IMG/VR virus record: IMGVR_UViG_3300029825_000389
Coordinates: 1 to 53,523 of that record
Length of the DNA stretch: 53,523 nucleotides
Source of the DNA: a virus
Direction: 5' to 3' (one strand)
Under the pieces are notes generated by a model, which worked only from the letters and a program-made list of their open reading frames with translations, had not been told where the DNA came from and did not search any database. The translations under genes were made by a program, and so were the position numbers. Numbering within the stretch: the stretch's first letter is position 1; each line of letters begins with the position of its first letter. Positions 8,173 to 18,296 of the stretch are shown one piece after another.

Positions 8173-9276
8173 TTATGATATAGTAACCGTATCCAGTATT
8201 GGAATCTCACATAAGGTTGACGTTAAAGATATTGGTATATTTGCAGTTCCACTATTTATAGCTAAATTAGAGTAATCAAGTACCCCGGCACTGGCAAGGA
8301 TTGCGGCACCAACCTTGGCATAAGATACAACTGCATTATCTACAAAAGCTATAGATTTTAAGTAAGCAGTTATACTAGCTTTAACATTTGTATCTCTTTG
8401 TTCATCTGTATAATTAGTATCTTTAATTACTGTAAAACTTACACTTATATTTTTACCTTTAGCACCTTCTATAGTTGTAAAAGCTCCATAAGGTGCGGCG
8501 CCATATCCCTGTCCCCAAATGCCATCACCTAATGGGTCCATATACGTTTGTACTTCATTTACTAAATCTGTGCTGGGAACTTCTTTATTAGAATCTATAA
8601 TTACAAGTTTAACAGTGTTATTGCCATTCCATGTAGGGAAAACCTTGCAATCTCCTACTCCTGTATAATCTTTTGCCAAGCTTTTAAAGTGGGCTATATT
8701 ACCTCCCGTATCTGCTTCCTGAAGTTTTTCATAGTATCTCACAAGTAAAGCTGCATCTGTTTCTTCATCAAATCCATTTTCCGTTGCTGCCAAATTAGTA
8801 ACACTTGTTACCCCAGGTATGGTAACTGGCATTACTGTTATTTGTCCTGCTGGTATATTACCACTACTTCCAGCCACTACTGCCTTAACATTAATTGTCC
8901 CACTTGTAGTTATTGTTTTAGGTTCGGTAGATTTAAATTGTACCCCACTGACTGTTTGAATTAAATCTCCTACTGCTATAGTTGGGTTTCCTGCGATGGT
9001 TAAAACGCCTACAGCATATGTAGCTGGCGTCCTGGTTAAACCAGTTCTTTGATACACCGCGCTTGTTAGTTCATCACCTGTTAGGTTACTAATATCAAAC
9101 TTACTTTTCACTTCATCTAGTGAAGATGATATTTTTGAAAACTCTTTACTTGTTGCGGCTATATTGTCATATACAAAATAACCTTCTGTTTTATCTACAC
9201 TGTCTGATATATTGTTTAACATCCTAGTTCTTATAGTTTCTTCACTTTCGCTATACGTCACTGTATTCCACCCCAC
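8173..9276 (-). CDS. Baseplate J-like protein (XkdT)
   Basis: Size, position and general sequence style of baseplate J proteins. Confidence 0.7.
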   Translation of the reverse strand: MGWNTVTYSESEETIRTRMLNNISDSVDKTEGYFVYDNIAATSKEFSKISSSLDEVKSKFDISNLTGDELTSAVYQRTGLTRTPATYAVGVLTIAGNPTIAVGDLIQTVSGVQFKSTEPKTITTSGTINVKAVVAGSSGNIPAGQITVMPVTIPGVTSVTNLAATENGFDEETDAALLVRYYEKLQEADTGGNIAHFKSLAKDYTGVGDCKVFPTWNGNNTVKLVIIDSNKEVPSTDLVNEVQTYMDPLGDGIWGQGYGAAPYGAFTTIEGAKGKNISVSFTVIKDTNYTDEQRDTNVKASITAYLKSIAFVDNAVVSYAKVGAAILASAGVLDYSNLAINSGTANIPISLTSTLCEIPILDTVTIS

Positions 9277-9685
9277 CCTGATCCGTAATTGCAGTAAAAC
9301 TAACTATCAACTTATCATCTTCACTATTTGAAATAAAGTTTTCTATTCCTGTAATATGAGGATTCACGCTTAAACACTTTTCAACTAATCTTTTTGCTTC
9401 ACTAGCAATTAATGCACTTGATAGCCCTTGACCAACTATACTGTCTAAATCGTGGCCATAATTGTCCGAGTAAATACTATAAGTTAGCCTTGTAGTGTGA
9501 AGTGCTTTCCATATCCAAATTTTTAAAGCTTCTTTTCCTGTAACAATTTGAAATTTACCATCCTTTAATAAAAAATCATTATTCTCAAAATCCCATGCAT
9601 ATTCTTTTGGAATAGTTGAGGTTGCCGATACACTCTGGTCTATTACCGTATCCAAATTTAAAACATAATCAGGAAAAATATTCAT
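9251..9685 (-). CDS. Baseplate protein, XkdS-like (DUF2634-like)
   Basis: Position; motif ...GKEALKIWIWKALHTTRLTYSIYSDNYG. Confidence 0.55.
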   Translation of the reverse strand: MNIFPDYVLNLDTVIDQSVSATSTIPKEYAWDFENNDFLLKDGKFQIVTGKEALKIWIWKALHTTRLTYSIYSDNYGHDLDSIVGQGLSSALIASEAKRLVEKCLSVNPHITGIENFISNSEDDKLIVSFTAITDQGGVEYSDV

Positions 9686-9696
9686 AATTTCACCCC

Positions 9697-10125
9697 TTAG
9701 GACGCAAACTTTTTATATTCTCGTAAACTTAACGTGTATTCTATGTCTCTGCACATTGCAATTTCCTTATGCGTAAAATTTTCTATACTGCAAAGCATAT
9801 TTATAGGTGTATCTGTGATAACCAAACGAATTACAGCTGACCAAAACCTCCAACTATCAATTAATTCTACATAATCATAAGGGTTATCTTTCGGAGTACA
9901 TTCGCAAAAATTATATTTTTGAGCAGGAAATAAGCTACTAATATCAATAGTAGCTAACTTTCTTTTCCCTATAAAACTAATTTCTCCTAAATTTTCAGTA
10001 TTGAAGGTTTCACTAATTGTACCCTTTGTCATTTCTATTGTCCCTGGATTCACTGGGAGTTGAAATATTTGTCTATCATCTAAAGGCATACCGTCTTCTC
10101 TATTATCCATCAACCAAAATTCCAT
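9697..10125 (-). CDS. Putative baseplate/tail protein
   Basis: Operon position only. Confidence 0.45.
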   Translation of the reverse strand: MEFWLMDNREDGMPLDDRQIFQLPVNPGTIEMTKGTISETFNTENLGEISFIGKRKLATIDISSLFPAQKYNFCECTPKDNPYDYVELIDSWRFWSAVIRLVITDTPINMLCSIENFTHKEIAMCRDIEYTLSLREYKKFAS

Positions 10126-10143
10126 ATAAGTCCACTCCTTTAT

Positions 10144-10458
10144 TTATGTTAATTTGTCAAAGACAAAAAGCTTTTGATTGTCTTCTGAAGATATAGCGGC
10201 AACTTTATCCCTTTGTTTCAATCCCTCATGCGTAATAGTTCCACTAACTGTTCCATCTGGTGATGTTAGTGTAAATGGTATTTGATATTCTGTTGCATTT
10301 TTACATACATACAAAGTGTCACCAGTAAAAAGTGCTTTTCCTCCATAAATACTTACAGTTAGAGGATTTATACTTTCTACAATTCCAACTACAGTTCCAA
10401 TATAATCTTTATTATCTCTAAGTTTAAATTCTTTAGCTAATTCTGTATATTGGCTCAT
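10144..10458 (-). CDS. Small baseplate protein (XkdR position)
   Basis: Start reset to ATG 10458 behind SD ggggggtga; operon position. Confidence 0.5.
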   Translation of the reverse strand: MSQYTELAKEFKLRDNKDYIGTVVGIVESINPLTVSIYGGKALFTGDTLYVCKNATEYQIPFTLTSPDGTVSGTITHEGLKQRDKVAAISSEDNQKLFVFDKLT

Positions 10459-10472
10459 AATTTCACCCCCCA

Positions 10473-11864
10473 CTAAATAACTCTTACTACTGCATTACAT
10501 TCATTTGCATAATAGCCACTAAATGTACTTATTTTAACGACATCCCCTGTGTGAGGGCAATGGATAAACTGGTCATTTCCTATATAAATACCAACATGGC
10601 CTGTATTGTCGAAAAATACCATATCGGCAGGTTGTATATCACTCATATTTACTTGTGTACCTTGTTTTATCATGTCCCATGTATATGCTGTAAGGTTGTA
10701 ACCAAAATGGTTAAATACATAAGCTACAAAACTACTACAATCAAAGCTTTTCGGAGGATTACCCCCGCCGCTTACATATGGCACGCCTAAGAATTGCTTT
10801 GCATAAGCAATAATATCACTTGCTTTTCCACTAACACTGCCACTTACACTAGATATAGTTGTTTGACTAGAATTACCCGCTGCTGCAAGCTCTGGAGGGT
10901 CAACAAAGGTTGCACCTGAAAAATCTATGGTTACTGCTATTTTATAAATACCATTATTTAGTGTATGTTGAGCGGACTTTACTTTGTAATAACCTTGTAC
11001 TCCATATTTTGAAACAGATATAGGTATTGACCTTTTCGCCCTAATATTTTCGCAACCTTCTACATCAGTAAGGGTAACAGTTAATTCTCTTTTAGTCGCA
11101 TTGTAATTGTCTAAATATTTATTTGCCACATTTTGAGCTTGGCTTGCATTTGATGCGTCTATGCTTAGTACTTTACTTAACAGTCCAAAAATACCTATAG
11201 TATTATTATCTCTAGCATTGGCATACACACCCTTATCACTTTCCTCACTAGCTATTACAGAAACGTTATTATACATTTCTTCCATACTTCGAGTAACAGA
11301 ATAATCATCATCCATTACATATTTACAATCTGCCTTTAAATTACTTACTTTGTCTATCCAAAGTACATTCCCTCGCATTTCTTTAACAACTTCCTGGCCA
11401 AGTTCTTTCGTACATTGATCCAGGATATCGTCTATAATATCACTTACTGTTTTGCCTTTATAGACTTTATTAATTGTAGTGTTTAACGTCGTTACTGCAC
11501 CGCCTATTCCATACTTTCCAAGTAAACTATATATGGCTTGTTTTGCATTTGCATTATTAAATTGTATTAAATCTTCTTCATTTTTGTTTAAATAGAAAGC
11601 ATAATCTTGTGCAGTGTAGGTGGATATATTCTTTTTATTTTCTTTTTTCGTTACAACTCCCATGAAGATAGGATCTTTATTGCCTTCTCTTTTTAAAATC
11701 AAATGACTTCGTCCTTCGGCTAGATCCAACGCACTATCAAAAGTTAGTGTTACAGCTAAAGTATCAGAATCGCTTGTCCATTGTAAGTTACCTGTTTGAT
11801 TTAATATTTCAGTAGAAACATATCCCTTGCCTATTACATAACTAGAATATAAATACCATGCCAT
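10473..11864 (-). CDS. Tail protein (XkdQ-like) fused to a C-terminal NlpC/P60 endopeptidase
   Basis: The C-terminus ...FDCSSFVAYVF...GHVGIYIG...FIHCP carries the Cys-His NlpC/P60 signature. Confidence 0.7.
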   Translation of the reverse strand: MAWYLYSSYVIGKGYVSTEILNQTGNLQWTSDSDTLAVTLTFDSALDLAEGRSHLILKREGNKDPIFMGVVTKKENKKNISTYTAQDYAFYLNKNEEDLIQFNNANAKQAIYSLLGKYGIGGAVTTLNTTINKVYKGKTVSDIIDDILDQCTKELGQEVVKEMRGNVLWIDKVSNLKADCKYVMDDDYSVTRSMEEMYNNVSVIASEESDKGVYANARDNNTIGIFGLLSKVLSIDASNASQAQNVANKYLDNYNATKRELTVTLTDVEGCENIRAKRSIPISVSKYGVQGYYKVKSAQHTLNNGIYKIAVTIDFSGATFVDPPELAAAGNSSQTTISSVSGSVSGKASDIIAYAKQFLGVPYVSGGGNPPKSFDCSSFVAYVFNHFGYNLTAYTWDMIKQGTQVNMSDIQPADMVFFDNTGHVGIYIGNDQFIHCPHTGDVVKISTFSGYYANECNAVVRVI

Positions 11865-11876
11865 ATAATCACCTTT

Positions 11877-13061
11877 TTACATATTGGCCAATGCAGTTCG
11901 GACTTCTTTTATAATATGTTCACCTGCTTTGTCGAAAAATTCTTTTTCACCTATAGTTAAGCCATTAAAATTAATTATTATATTTATATCTTTTGAATCT
12001 TTTGAGTCTTTTTTATCACCGTTTATATAACTATCTGCTATATCTAAAAGTTGTTGGGAACGAGAATTATTTTTCTTTAAAGGAATGGCGGCTTCAGGAT
12101 ATTGACCTTCACCAAAAATTGATGCCCTATCTGCTATACCACCATTGGCATATCCTAAATAATTTCCTCCACCCATAAGGCCAGGGATGTTGTAAGGATT
12201 TCCACCCCAACTTTCTCTTATTTCTCTTATAGCTGCACGTACAGACATAACAGGATCAAATATTCCCTCGTCTGTACCAAAATAACTCCTAAAAGTTGAA
12301 GGTAGTACTTGCATTAATCCTGTTGCATATTCATTTCCAACACCAACACCATTTACAAGAGTAGGATCACCTGTACCTAACGTGCCAGGATTTCCACTTT
12401 CACGACTTGCTATCATTTCAAGTGGAAGTAACCAACTCATAGGAGCGCCTTCGGCTATCATACCAGCTAAAATCCATTCAGATACATTTCCATTTACAAC
12501 TCCGCCGCTAGATAAACTTCCTAAGCCACCATGAATTAAATTATAAACCATACTGATAATGCCTTTATTGTCACCCTTATCGAACATAGGTTGTAAAATG
12601 CCCCCTATTGCACTTCCTAAACCATTTTGAGTAAGGCTTGACGTATCACCTATCCATTTCTTTATAAATGCCGCCATATCTGTGTCTTGCAATCCAAGTA
12701 TAAATCCTTCTGGAATATGATTTGCGAGTGTACGCATTACAGCAGACGGAGAATGTATCCCAAAAGTAGTTTTAAACTGGTCAATAACTTTATTTCCTAA
12801 GTCACTTACTATTTGAGTAATATTGCTTGTGCTGTCTTGTATTCCTTTTCCAAATTCCTGCATAGCCTGGGTTGCTGAAACATTACTTTTTGTAGTTAAG
12901 TCTGAATATATGTTTTGAACCCCGGTACTCATATTTGTAGTTGGATCGGTTACAAGCTTTGTATTGTTTGTTATCCCAGTTCCGAATGTTTTCATCATAT
13001 CCACTGGATAAGTATCAAAATCACTTACATTTATACCCTCTCTTTCGAGATACTTAAACAC
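11877..13061 (-). CDS. Tape-measure-distal segment with a lytic transglycosylase (SLT) domain; probable downstream exon or partner of the tape measure gene
   Basis: GIHSPS motif and SLT-like EYATGLMQV. The N-terminus DFDTYPVDMMKTFGTGI resembles the sequence that normally follows the HFxxPDxGPL tape-measure motif. The annotated GTG start has no SD. Confidence 0.6.
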   Translation of the reverse strand: MFKYLEREGINVSDFDTYPVDMMKTFGTGITNNTKLVTDPTTNMSTGVQNIYSDLTTKSNVSATQAMQEFGKGIQDSTSNITQIVSDLGNKVIDQFKTTFGIHSPSAVMRTLANHIPEGFILGLQDTDMAAFIKKWIGDTSSLTQNGLGSAIGGILQPMFDKGDNKGIISMVYNLIHGGLGSLSSGGVVNGNVSEWILAGMIAEGAPMSWLLPLEMIASRESGNPGTLGTGDPTLVNGVGVGNEYATGLMQVLPSTFRSYFGTDEGIFDPVMSVRAAIREIRESWGGNPYNIPGLMGGGNYLGYANGGIADRASIFGEGQYPEAAIPLKKNNSRSQQLLDIADSYINGDKKDSKDSKDINIIINFNGLTIGEKEFFDKAGEHIIKEVRTALANM

Positions 13062-14762
13062 TTATTTAAAAGTGGGATTAGACTATCTCACACTCTTTTT
13101 ATAAAGAGTCCATGCACTTCCAAACTATGATTTTCACATAGAATGTACGAGATTTCTCTCTAGTCGTTACACCCGATTAAACTTGGCACGGTATTGCCAT
13201 AATATATAAATATTGTATAAAAAAAGAGCATTATATAATGCTCTTTAATATTTCTTCTATATTATTAAATTTTGTATATGGTATACGAATTAATCTGATA
13301 TTATTTTCTTTACAAAATATATCTTTTATATTATCTCTTTTCTGAACAATTTTAAGCTTGTCTAAATTTTTCTGCTTATTTTTATTAAATCTAAAAGGTT
13401 TATAATGTCCTTCACCATCATACTCTATACACATATTAATATCATCTAAATAAAAATCAAAAGGCAACTCTTTTTTAAATTTACAATTTGGGAATTTAAA
13501 TTGTGGAATATATGAAATATTGTTATCATCTAACCATTGGGATATTTTTTTCTCGCCCTTACTTTCTACACACTTAGGGCATCCACAACCCCTTAATAAA
13601 GTAGAAGGCCTTGCTTTCCATGTATGTCCGCATAAATTGTGCTTTATTAAAATTTTGGTATTTGAATTTTTATACTCACTTAATACTTCATATTCATTCC
13701 CATATTTACTAGAGACTTCTTCTTTAAATATGGTTGTGTTCTTCTTAACATTCCCAGCACATTTAGGACACCTAACCCCTTTTCTTAATGTACTAATAGT
13801 TGTTTCCCAAATGTAATTTCCACAATTAAAAGAATTGTGTTGTAATTTTAATTTAGTGTGTGCATCTTTATACTCATTAAGTAAAGTGTATTCATCTCCT
13901 ACAAGTTTATGTATCTCAGATTTAATTTCTTCGGTATTTTTCTTAGAATTACCACCGCATTTGATACATCCATGTCCTCTTAATAAATTTGTGGGAGTAC
14001 TTAAATATTCATATCCACATTTGTTGTGCCTAATCATAATTTTGGTGTGTGTATTTTTATATTCTCCAAGCACTTCATACTCGCCTTTATATAAATCATA
14101 AATTTCTTGCTTAAATTGCTTCGTAGTTTTTTTAATACATCCTGCACATTTGGGACAACGTTTCCCACTTAAAAAATTACTGGGACGTACTTTATAAATA
14201 TGCCCACACTTATTATGTTTAACTTTTATAAGAGTATTATTGGTTACATAAGCTTCTAAAAAAGTATATTCGTTACCAACTAATTGATATACTTCTTGCA
14301 AAAATTGTTTATTGGTTTTTCTTGCATTGGCTGCACATCTAGGACACCTTTGACTTAAATCTATAAAATTATGTGGCTGCATGTTAAATGTATAACCGCA
14401 TTTATTATGCTTAATTTCAATTTTGGTTTTACTGTTTAAATATTGTCCTAATATCGTATATTCATTGCCTACCTCTTTAAAAACCTCTTTAATAAATTGT
14501 TCATGTGTCTTATTTTTGCACATAATTTTTAAACCTCCGATAGTTTTATTTTTTCCGAGTATTTAACTTTAAATTAAAGGGAAGGAGTCTCGGAAAACTC
14601 TTTTCAATAAGGGTAATTAAGCCTTATCTATCCCTAACTATATTATACCATATTTAAATTTAATATATAATATTTATATACGTTAGGTTTTCACCGTTAG
14701 CAGTATTTTTACATACCACACCCACTATTTAGTGGTTCACATGGTTCTCATAACACATTGCT
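13060..14762 (-). ncRNA. Group I intron (IA-like, with P7.1/P7.2) carrying a homing-endonuclease ORF
   Basis: Coordinates are plus-strand; RNA is read on the minus strand. R-like element GUAACGACUAGA (13159-13170). S-like element GAGAUAGUC (13081-13089). P7 is GACUA/UAGUC. P8 hairpin 13092-13109. GAAA-tetraloop hairpin 13149-13160. Second hairpin 13125-13141. P1-like 8-bp helix CAUAACAU/GUGUUAUG closed by U.G (14763-14770 with 14749-14756). Splice sites are provisional. Confidence 0.6.
13231..14523 (-). CDS. Intron-encoded homing-endonuclease-like protein: five zinc-ribbon repeats plus a C-terminal PD-(D/E)xK (Vsr/DUF559-like) nuclease domain
   Basis: Five repeats of about 65 aa (...KHNKCGxxF...RCPKCAG...). 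The C-terminus reads LPFDFYL...IEYDGEGH. It has its own SD (ggagg). Paralog of 18554..19531. Confidence 0.65.
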   Translation of the reverse strand: MCKNKTHEQFIKEVFKEVGNEYTILGQYLNSKTKIEIKHNKCGYTFNMQPHNFIDLSQRCPRCAANARKTNKQFLQEVYQLVGNEYTFLEAYVTNNTLIKVKHNKCGHIYKVRPSNFLSGKRCPKCAGCIKKTTKQFKQEIYDLYKGEYEVLGEYKNTHTKIMIRHNKCGYEYLSTPTNLLRGHGCIKCGGNSKKNTEEIKSEIHKLVGDEYTLLNEYKDAHTKLKLQHNSFNCGNYIWETTISTLRKGVRCPKCAGNVKKNTTIFKEEVSSKYGNEYEVLSEYKNSNTKILIKHNLCGHTWKARPSTLLRGCGCPKCVESKGEKKISQWLDDNNISYIPQFKFPNCKFKKELPFDFYLDDINMCIEYDGEGHYKPFRFNKNKQKNLDKLKIVQKRDNIKDIFCKENNIRLIRIPYTKFNNIEEILKSII

Positions 14763-14765
14763 ATG

Positions 14766-16985
14766 TTATGCCGCTAAAGTTAACGGCCCTTTGTCTGGTG
14801 CAGTAAAATGTATTAATTCTTTTATCTTGGCAGCCATAAAAGTTGTAGCATCCGTTACAGATTTAGTGTTATCTTTAATTCCTTTTGCCATACCCTCTGG
14901 AATGTCTTGTCCCCACTTAGTAGATTGTGAAGACATAGAACTCATAGAGCTTGAACTATTAGAAAGGTTCATATTAGGCATCTGGTTAGAGTTATTCATC
15001 ATGTTCATTGACTGCCTATTGCTTAAAATTTTGCTTCCTCCTGGGAGCTTTAATACTTCAGGTCCATTTTCACCTACCCAAGTTTCTCCACCTTCAAAAT
15101 AGCTTGTACCTAACGCATTTTTTTTCTTGGGAATGGGTATAGGAATAGACAGCCCAGGTATTGAAGTAGGAGCACTTACCGTTCCTGCATTGTCTTTATA
15201 GCTTTTTATTATATTAATTGTACCTTGGATTGGATGCTTGAAAAAGTCTATTAAACCATTCCAAGCATCTTCTACGTCTTTAATAACTTCATTAATATAA
15301 GTACGGCATCCGCCAAAATTTGTTTTCCATGCTGCATATAATCCCACAATTGCAAGAACAATCAAACTAATAGCTAATACTATAGGATTAGCTTCAAAGA
15401 AAGCTGTAACAGTACCAAATATACTCATCATTCCAGTTGCAACAGTTCTCATTAATCCAAGTAATTTTACTTTAAGAACACTTCCTATAACCCCAACCCA
15501 TAAATTAAAAGTTCCGGAAAAAGTGGTTAAGACTGCCGGTATTGCTTTAAACACTCCAGTAAATCCCAAACCGAATACTTTAGTTGCTGTTAAAATTGTA
15601 CTGAGTTCCGGAACTATATTTTTAAAAATTCCAACTATAGTAGAAATTCCTTTTATTCCTTCTATCCCTAAAAATAAATTCACAAATAATTTTGGATGTG
15701 CTGCCACAAGTTTTATAATAGGTTCTAATACTTTCCCCACGGCTAATAAAGCAGAACCAAACTCTTTCGCAATTTGAAATCCTGCTTTTACATCACTTAT
15801 AAAGGTTTTAAAATTTGATTCATATTCTTTTAGAGTTTTAGGATTATCAAAGGATTTTAAAAATGTTGTTAGTTTTTGACCTCCTTCTGTAGCCAATTGA
15901 CCTATGTCTTTTTGAAGTTGTGAAAAGGCTTTTGAATCTTGTACTTTATTTAACAATGGCATAATTACTTGTAATTGTTGCTTAAAATTATCAAATAGAC
16001 CACCTTTCATAATAGCACCATTAGCATCTATTCCGGCAAGTCCTCTACCCATACCATTGATAGTATCACCTATATTGCTAATCATTCCTCCTGCTGTGCT
16101 TGATTGCCTAGTCATTAACCCACCATATTTTTCTTGCATAATTTTAGTAACCATATCAACGTTCTTTTGCGGGTCTGTTTGCATTAATTCACCTTGTTTG
16201 CTAAATGTAGCACCAGCCTTTTTCCAGTCTGTATTTGATATACCTAAATCTCTAAACATATCTACAGCTATACCATTTTGACCACTTTTTAACTTTGCCA
16301 TAGCTGCCATAGCTTGTTCCAGTGGCTTATTCATGGCTGCTGCTGTATCCCCTAATGGCATTAAATATTTAGTGTAATCCAATCCACTGGTTGCAAGTTG
16401 AGTTACACCGGAAACTACTTCCTTGGCATCAAAAGGCGTTGCTGCTGCTTGATTATAACTCCATTTTAAAGCTTCACTACCTTTTTTATCACTATGCAGC
16501 ACAGTCTGTAATGTACTTAAATACTTTTCATTACTTATTGCATTTCCTAGTGTTAAATCAAAAGCTTCCTTTCCAGTTGCCCCTAAAACAATTCCTGCTG
16601 CCAATGTTTTTAAATTAAAAATGCTATCTCTTATGCCAGTTATAACAGACTTAGTTTTATCCAATGCTGTTATTTCTAGTTGATAATTAGATTTAATTAA
16701 TGTTTCTGCTTTACTTTTAATACGTTCCATGCTTTCTGTGGCCATATCTTTTGCTGCAACAACTATAGCAATATTCTTTTTAAGCTTATTCATACTTGCT
16801 TGTAATTCTGTGATTTGGCCTTGTGATCTTGTAGTATCTATGTTAATTCTAGCTTCAGACAAAGCTCTTATAGAATTTCTTGCAGCTTGAACTTGCCTAT
16901 CAAATTCAGTTAAATTGCCATTAATTCGTTGAAGTTCTACTGACATGCTATCTTCTAAAATTATTCTTGCACGTATCTCTGCCAA
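14766..16985 (-). CDS. Tail tape measure protein
   Basis: Long coiled-coil/TM-rich protein after the chaperones. C-terminal HFTAPDKGPL motif. Start set to TTG 16985 after SD aaggaggtga. Confidence 0.85.
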   Translation of the reverse strand: MAEIRARIILEDSMSVELQRINGNLTEFDRQVQAARNSIRALSEARINIDTTRSQGQITELQASMNKLKKNIAIVVAAKDMATESMERIKSKAETLIKSNYQLEITALDKTKSVITGIRDSIFNLKTLAAGIVLGATGKEAFDLTLGNAISNEKYLSTLQTVLHSDKKGSEALKWSYNQAAATPFDAKEVVSGVTQLATSGLDYTKYLMPLGDTAAAMNKPLEQAMAAMAKLKSGQNGIAVDMFRDLGISNTDWKKAGATFSKQGELMQTDPQKNVDMVTKIMQEKYGGLMTRQSSTAGGMISNIGDTINGMGRGLAGIDANGAIMKGGLFDNFKQQLQVIMPLLNKVQDSKAFSQLQKDIGQLATEGGQKLTTFLKSFDNPKTLKEYESNFKTFISDVKAGFQIAKEFGSALLAVGKVLEPIIKLVAAHPKLFVNLFLGIEGIKGISTIVGIFKNIVPELSTILTATKVFGLGFTGVFKAIPAVLTTFSGTFNLWVGVIGSVLKVKLLGLMRTVATGMMSIFGTVTAFFEANPIVLAISLIVLAIVGLYAAWKTNFGGCRTYINEVIKDVEDAWNGLIDFFKHPIQGTINIIKSYKDNAGTVSAPTSIPGLSIPIPIPKKKNALGTSYFEGGETWVGENGPEVLKLPGGSKILSNRQSMNMMNNSNQMPNMNLSNSSSSMSSMSSQSTKWGQDIPEGMAKGIKDNTKSVTDATTFMAAKIKELIHFTAPDKGPLTLAA

Positions 16986-17054
16986 ACTTCTCACCTCCTT
17001 AAAAAAGGCAAAAATAAAAAGAGGTTGCCCTCTTATATTAATTTTACTTGATTG

Positions 17055-17216
17055 TTATTTAAGATTAACTAATAAAAACATATAAATAATAAATCCACTA
17101 AAGGCAACTAAAGATACCAATTCTAACATCCCTAATATTTTTTTACTTTTATCTATTCTATCCCAATCTTTTTCAGTAAGGTTTTTCTTTTCTTTTCTTT
17201 CTTTAATGGTAGCCAT
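17055..17216 (-). CDS. 53-aa small membrane protein between the chaperone and tape measure genes
   Basis: MATIKERKEKKNLTEKDWDRIDKSKKILGMLELVSLVAFSGFIIYMFLLVNLK; below the track cutoff. Confidence 0.35.
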   Translation of the reverse strand: MATIKERKEKKNLTEKDWDRIDKSKKILGMLELVSLVAFSGFIIYMFLLVNLK

Positions 17217-17266
17217 ATAAAATTCCCTCCTAATATATTATTATAATAATATCATATTCAGAGGGG

Positions 17267-17443
17267 TTATATTACTTCTGTTAAAAATACTGGAACCTTA
17301 TTATTATTTATTTCCCTTCTTCCTTTGTTTCTTTCTTCGATTTTCTTCTCGTAGAACGCTCTTAGGCACAATTTATCTCCTATAGATGCGTTCCAATATT
17401 CAGAAGGAAATTTAATTCTTTTTTCTTTCCAGAGATAGTACAT
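17267..17443 (-). CDS. Second tail-assembly chaperone ORF (XkdN-downstream type; possibly joined by frameshift)
   Basis: A 58-aa ORF starting 6 nt past the stop of the chaperone gene. This is the conserved position of the chaperone pair. Confidence 0.4.
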   Translation of the reverse strand: MYYLWKEKRIKFPSEYWNASIGDKLCLRAFYEKKIEERNKGRREINNNKVPVFLTEVI

Positions 17444-17448
17444 TAAAT

Positions 17449-17871
17449 TTACTTCTGGATCTTCGTCGATGTTTTTTTTAATTCTTTTACCGCATCTTTA
17501 TTGAATCCGCTTAACTTATTTATGATATTAAATAGTCCAGTGATTTCGCCTGGCAAAAAGCAATTGACTACCGCTTCTGTTGCATTTATAGCATCAAATT
17601 TTTCTATTACTTTCATGCTACTAAAGTCAGGATCTCTTACACCCTTAACTACATATTTGGCTTGAATATTTTTTTCAATGTTTATTTCACCATCTGTATT
17701 TGCTGTCAAACTTTCTTGAATCTCTGAAAATTCGTCTCCTGTAATTGATTGTACTGTAACTGTAAAAGTTTCTCCTAATGCTTCCGAAAGCCTTTTTATC
17801 TCAACATCTACTGTAGGTCTAACTAATTTTGTTTTGTCTAATTTTAACAATAAATCCATTGCATTACTCAT
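17449..17871 (-). CDS. Tail assembly chaperone (XkdN-like)
   Basis: Lies between the tube and tape measure genes. Start reset to ATG 17871 behind SD taggagga. Confidence 0.6.
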   Translation of the reverse strand: MSNAMDLLLKLDKTKLVRPTVDVEIKRLSEALGETFTVTVQSITGDEFSEIQESLTANTDGEINIEKNIQAKYVVKGVRDPDFSSMKVIEKFDAINATEAVVNCFLPGEITGLFNIINKLSGFNKDAVKELKKTSTKIQK

Positions 17872-18074
17872 ATATTTTTTCCTCCTAAAATTTAAAAGCA
17901 TCTATTCTTTAATAGATACTAATTATTGTTTTTATAATCCATAAACTTTTAAATGTTCTCTTGCTTTTGAAACTTAAAATTTAGTAATTATTCAAGCAAG
18001 CTAAAGGGTAATAAAAAATACCCACTAAAGGATAATTCGTTCTTTTGTAGAATTATTCCTTAGGAGGTGATATT

Positions 18075-18296
18075 GTGCAAAAACAAGTCACATGTACTTA
18101 TAGACTTCAATGTCCACACTTAAATAAACTTCACGAGATAAATATTACTTATGCTCAAGTTCCTATGTGCGGCACTACTAAAGAAGTCTATAAAAAAGTA
18201 GAATCGTATTGCTCAGAAGATTCAAAATGTAATCTTAAAGATCAATATGGCCGTTGTCCTGTTTATTTAAAGGCTCCTGAACAACCTCATTTTTAG
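18075..18296 (+). CDS. 73-aa Cys-rich protein A1 (unknown family), paralog of 43065..43262
   Basis: SD ggaggtgat followed by GTG. The shared pattern CP..N....INI.Y..V.MCG..K..YKK...YC......CNL....CP.Y.KAP aligns the two copies. Confidence 0.65.
   Translation: MQKQVTCTYRLQCPHLNKLHEINITYAQVPMCGTTKEVYKKVESYCSEDSKCNLKDQYGRCPVYLKAPEQPHF

Noticed and set aside
14763-14768. TAA stop-codon reassignment to explain the in-frame TAA at the putative exon junction
   Set aside because: TAA terminates many well-defined genes in this window. Alternative splice-site registers or termination-reinitiation are simpler explanations.
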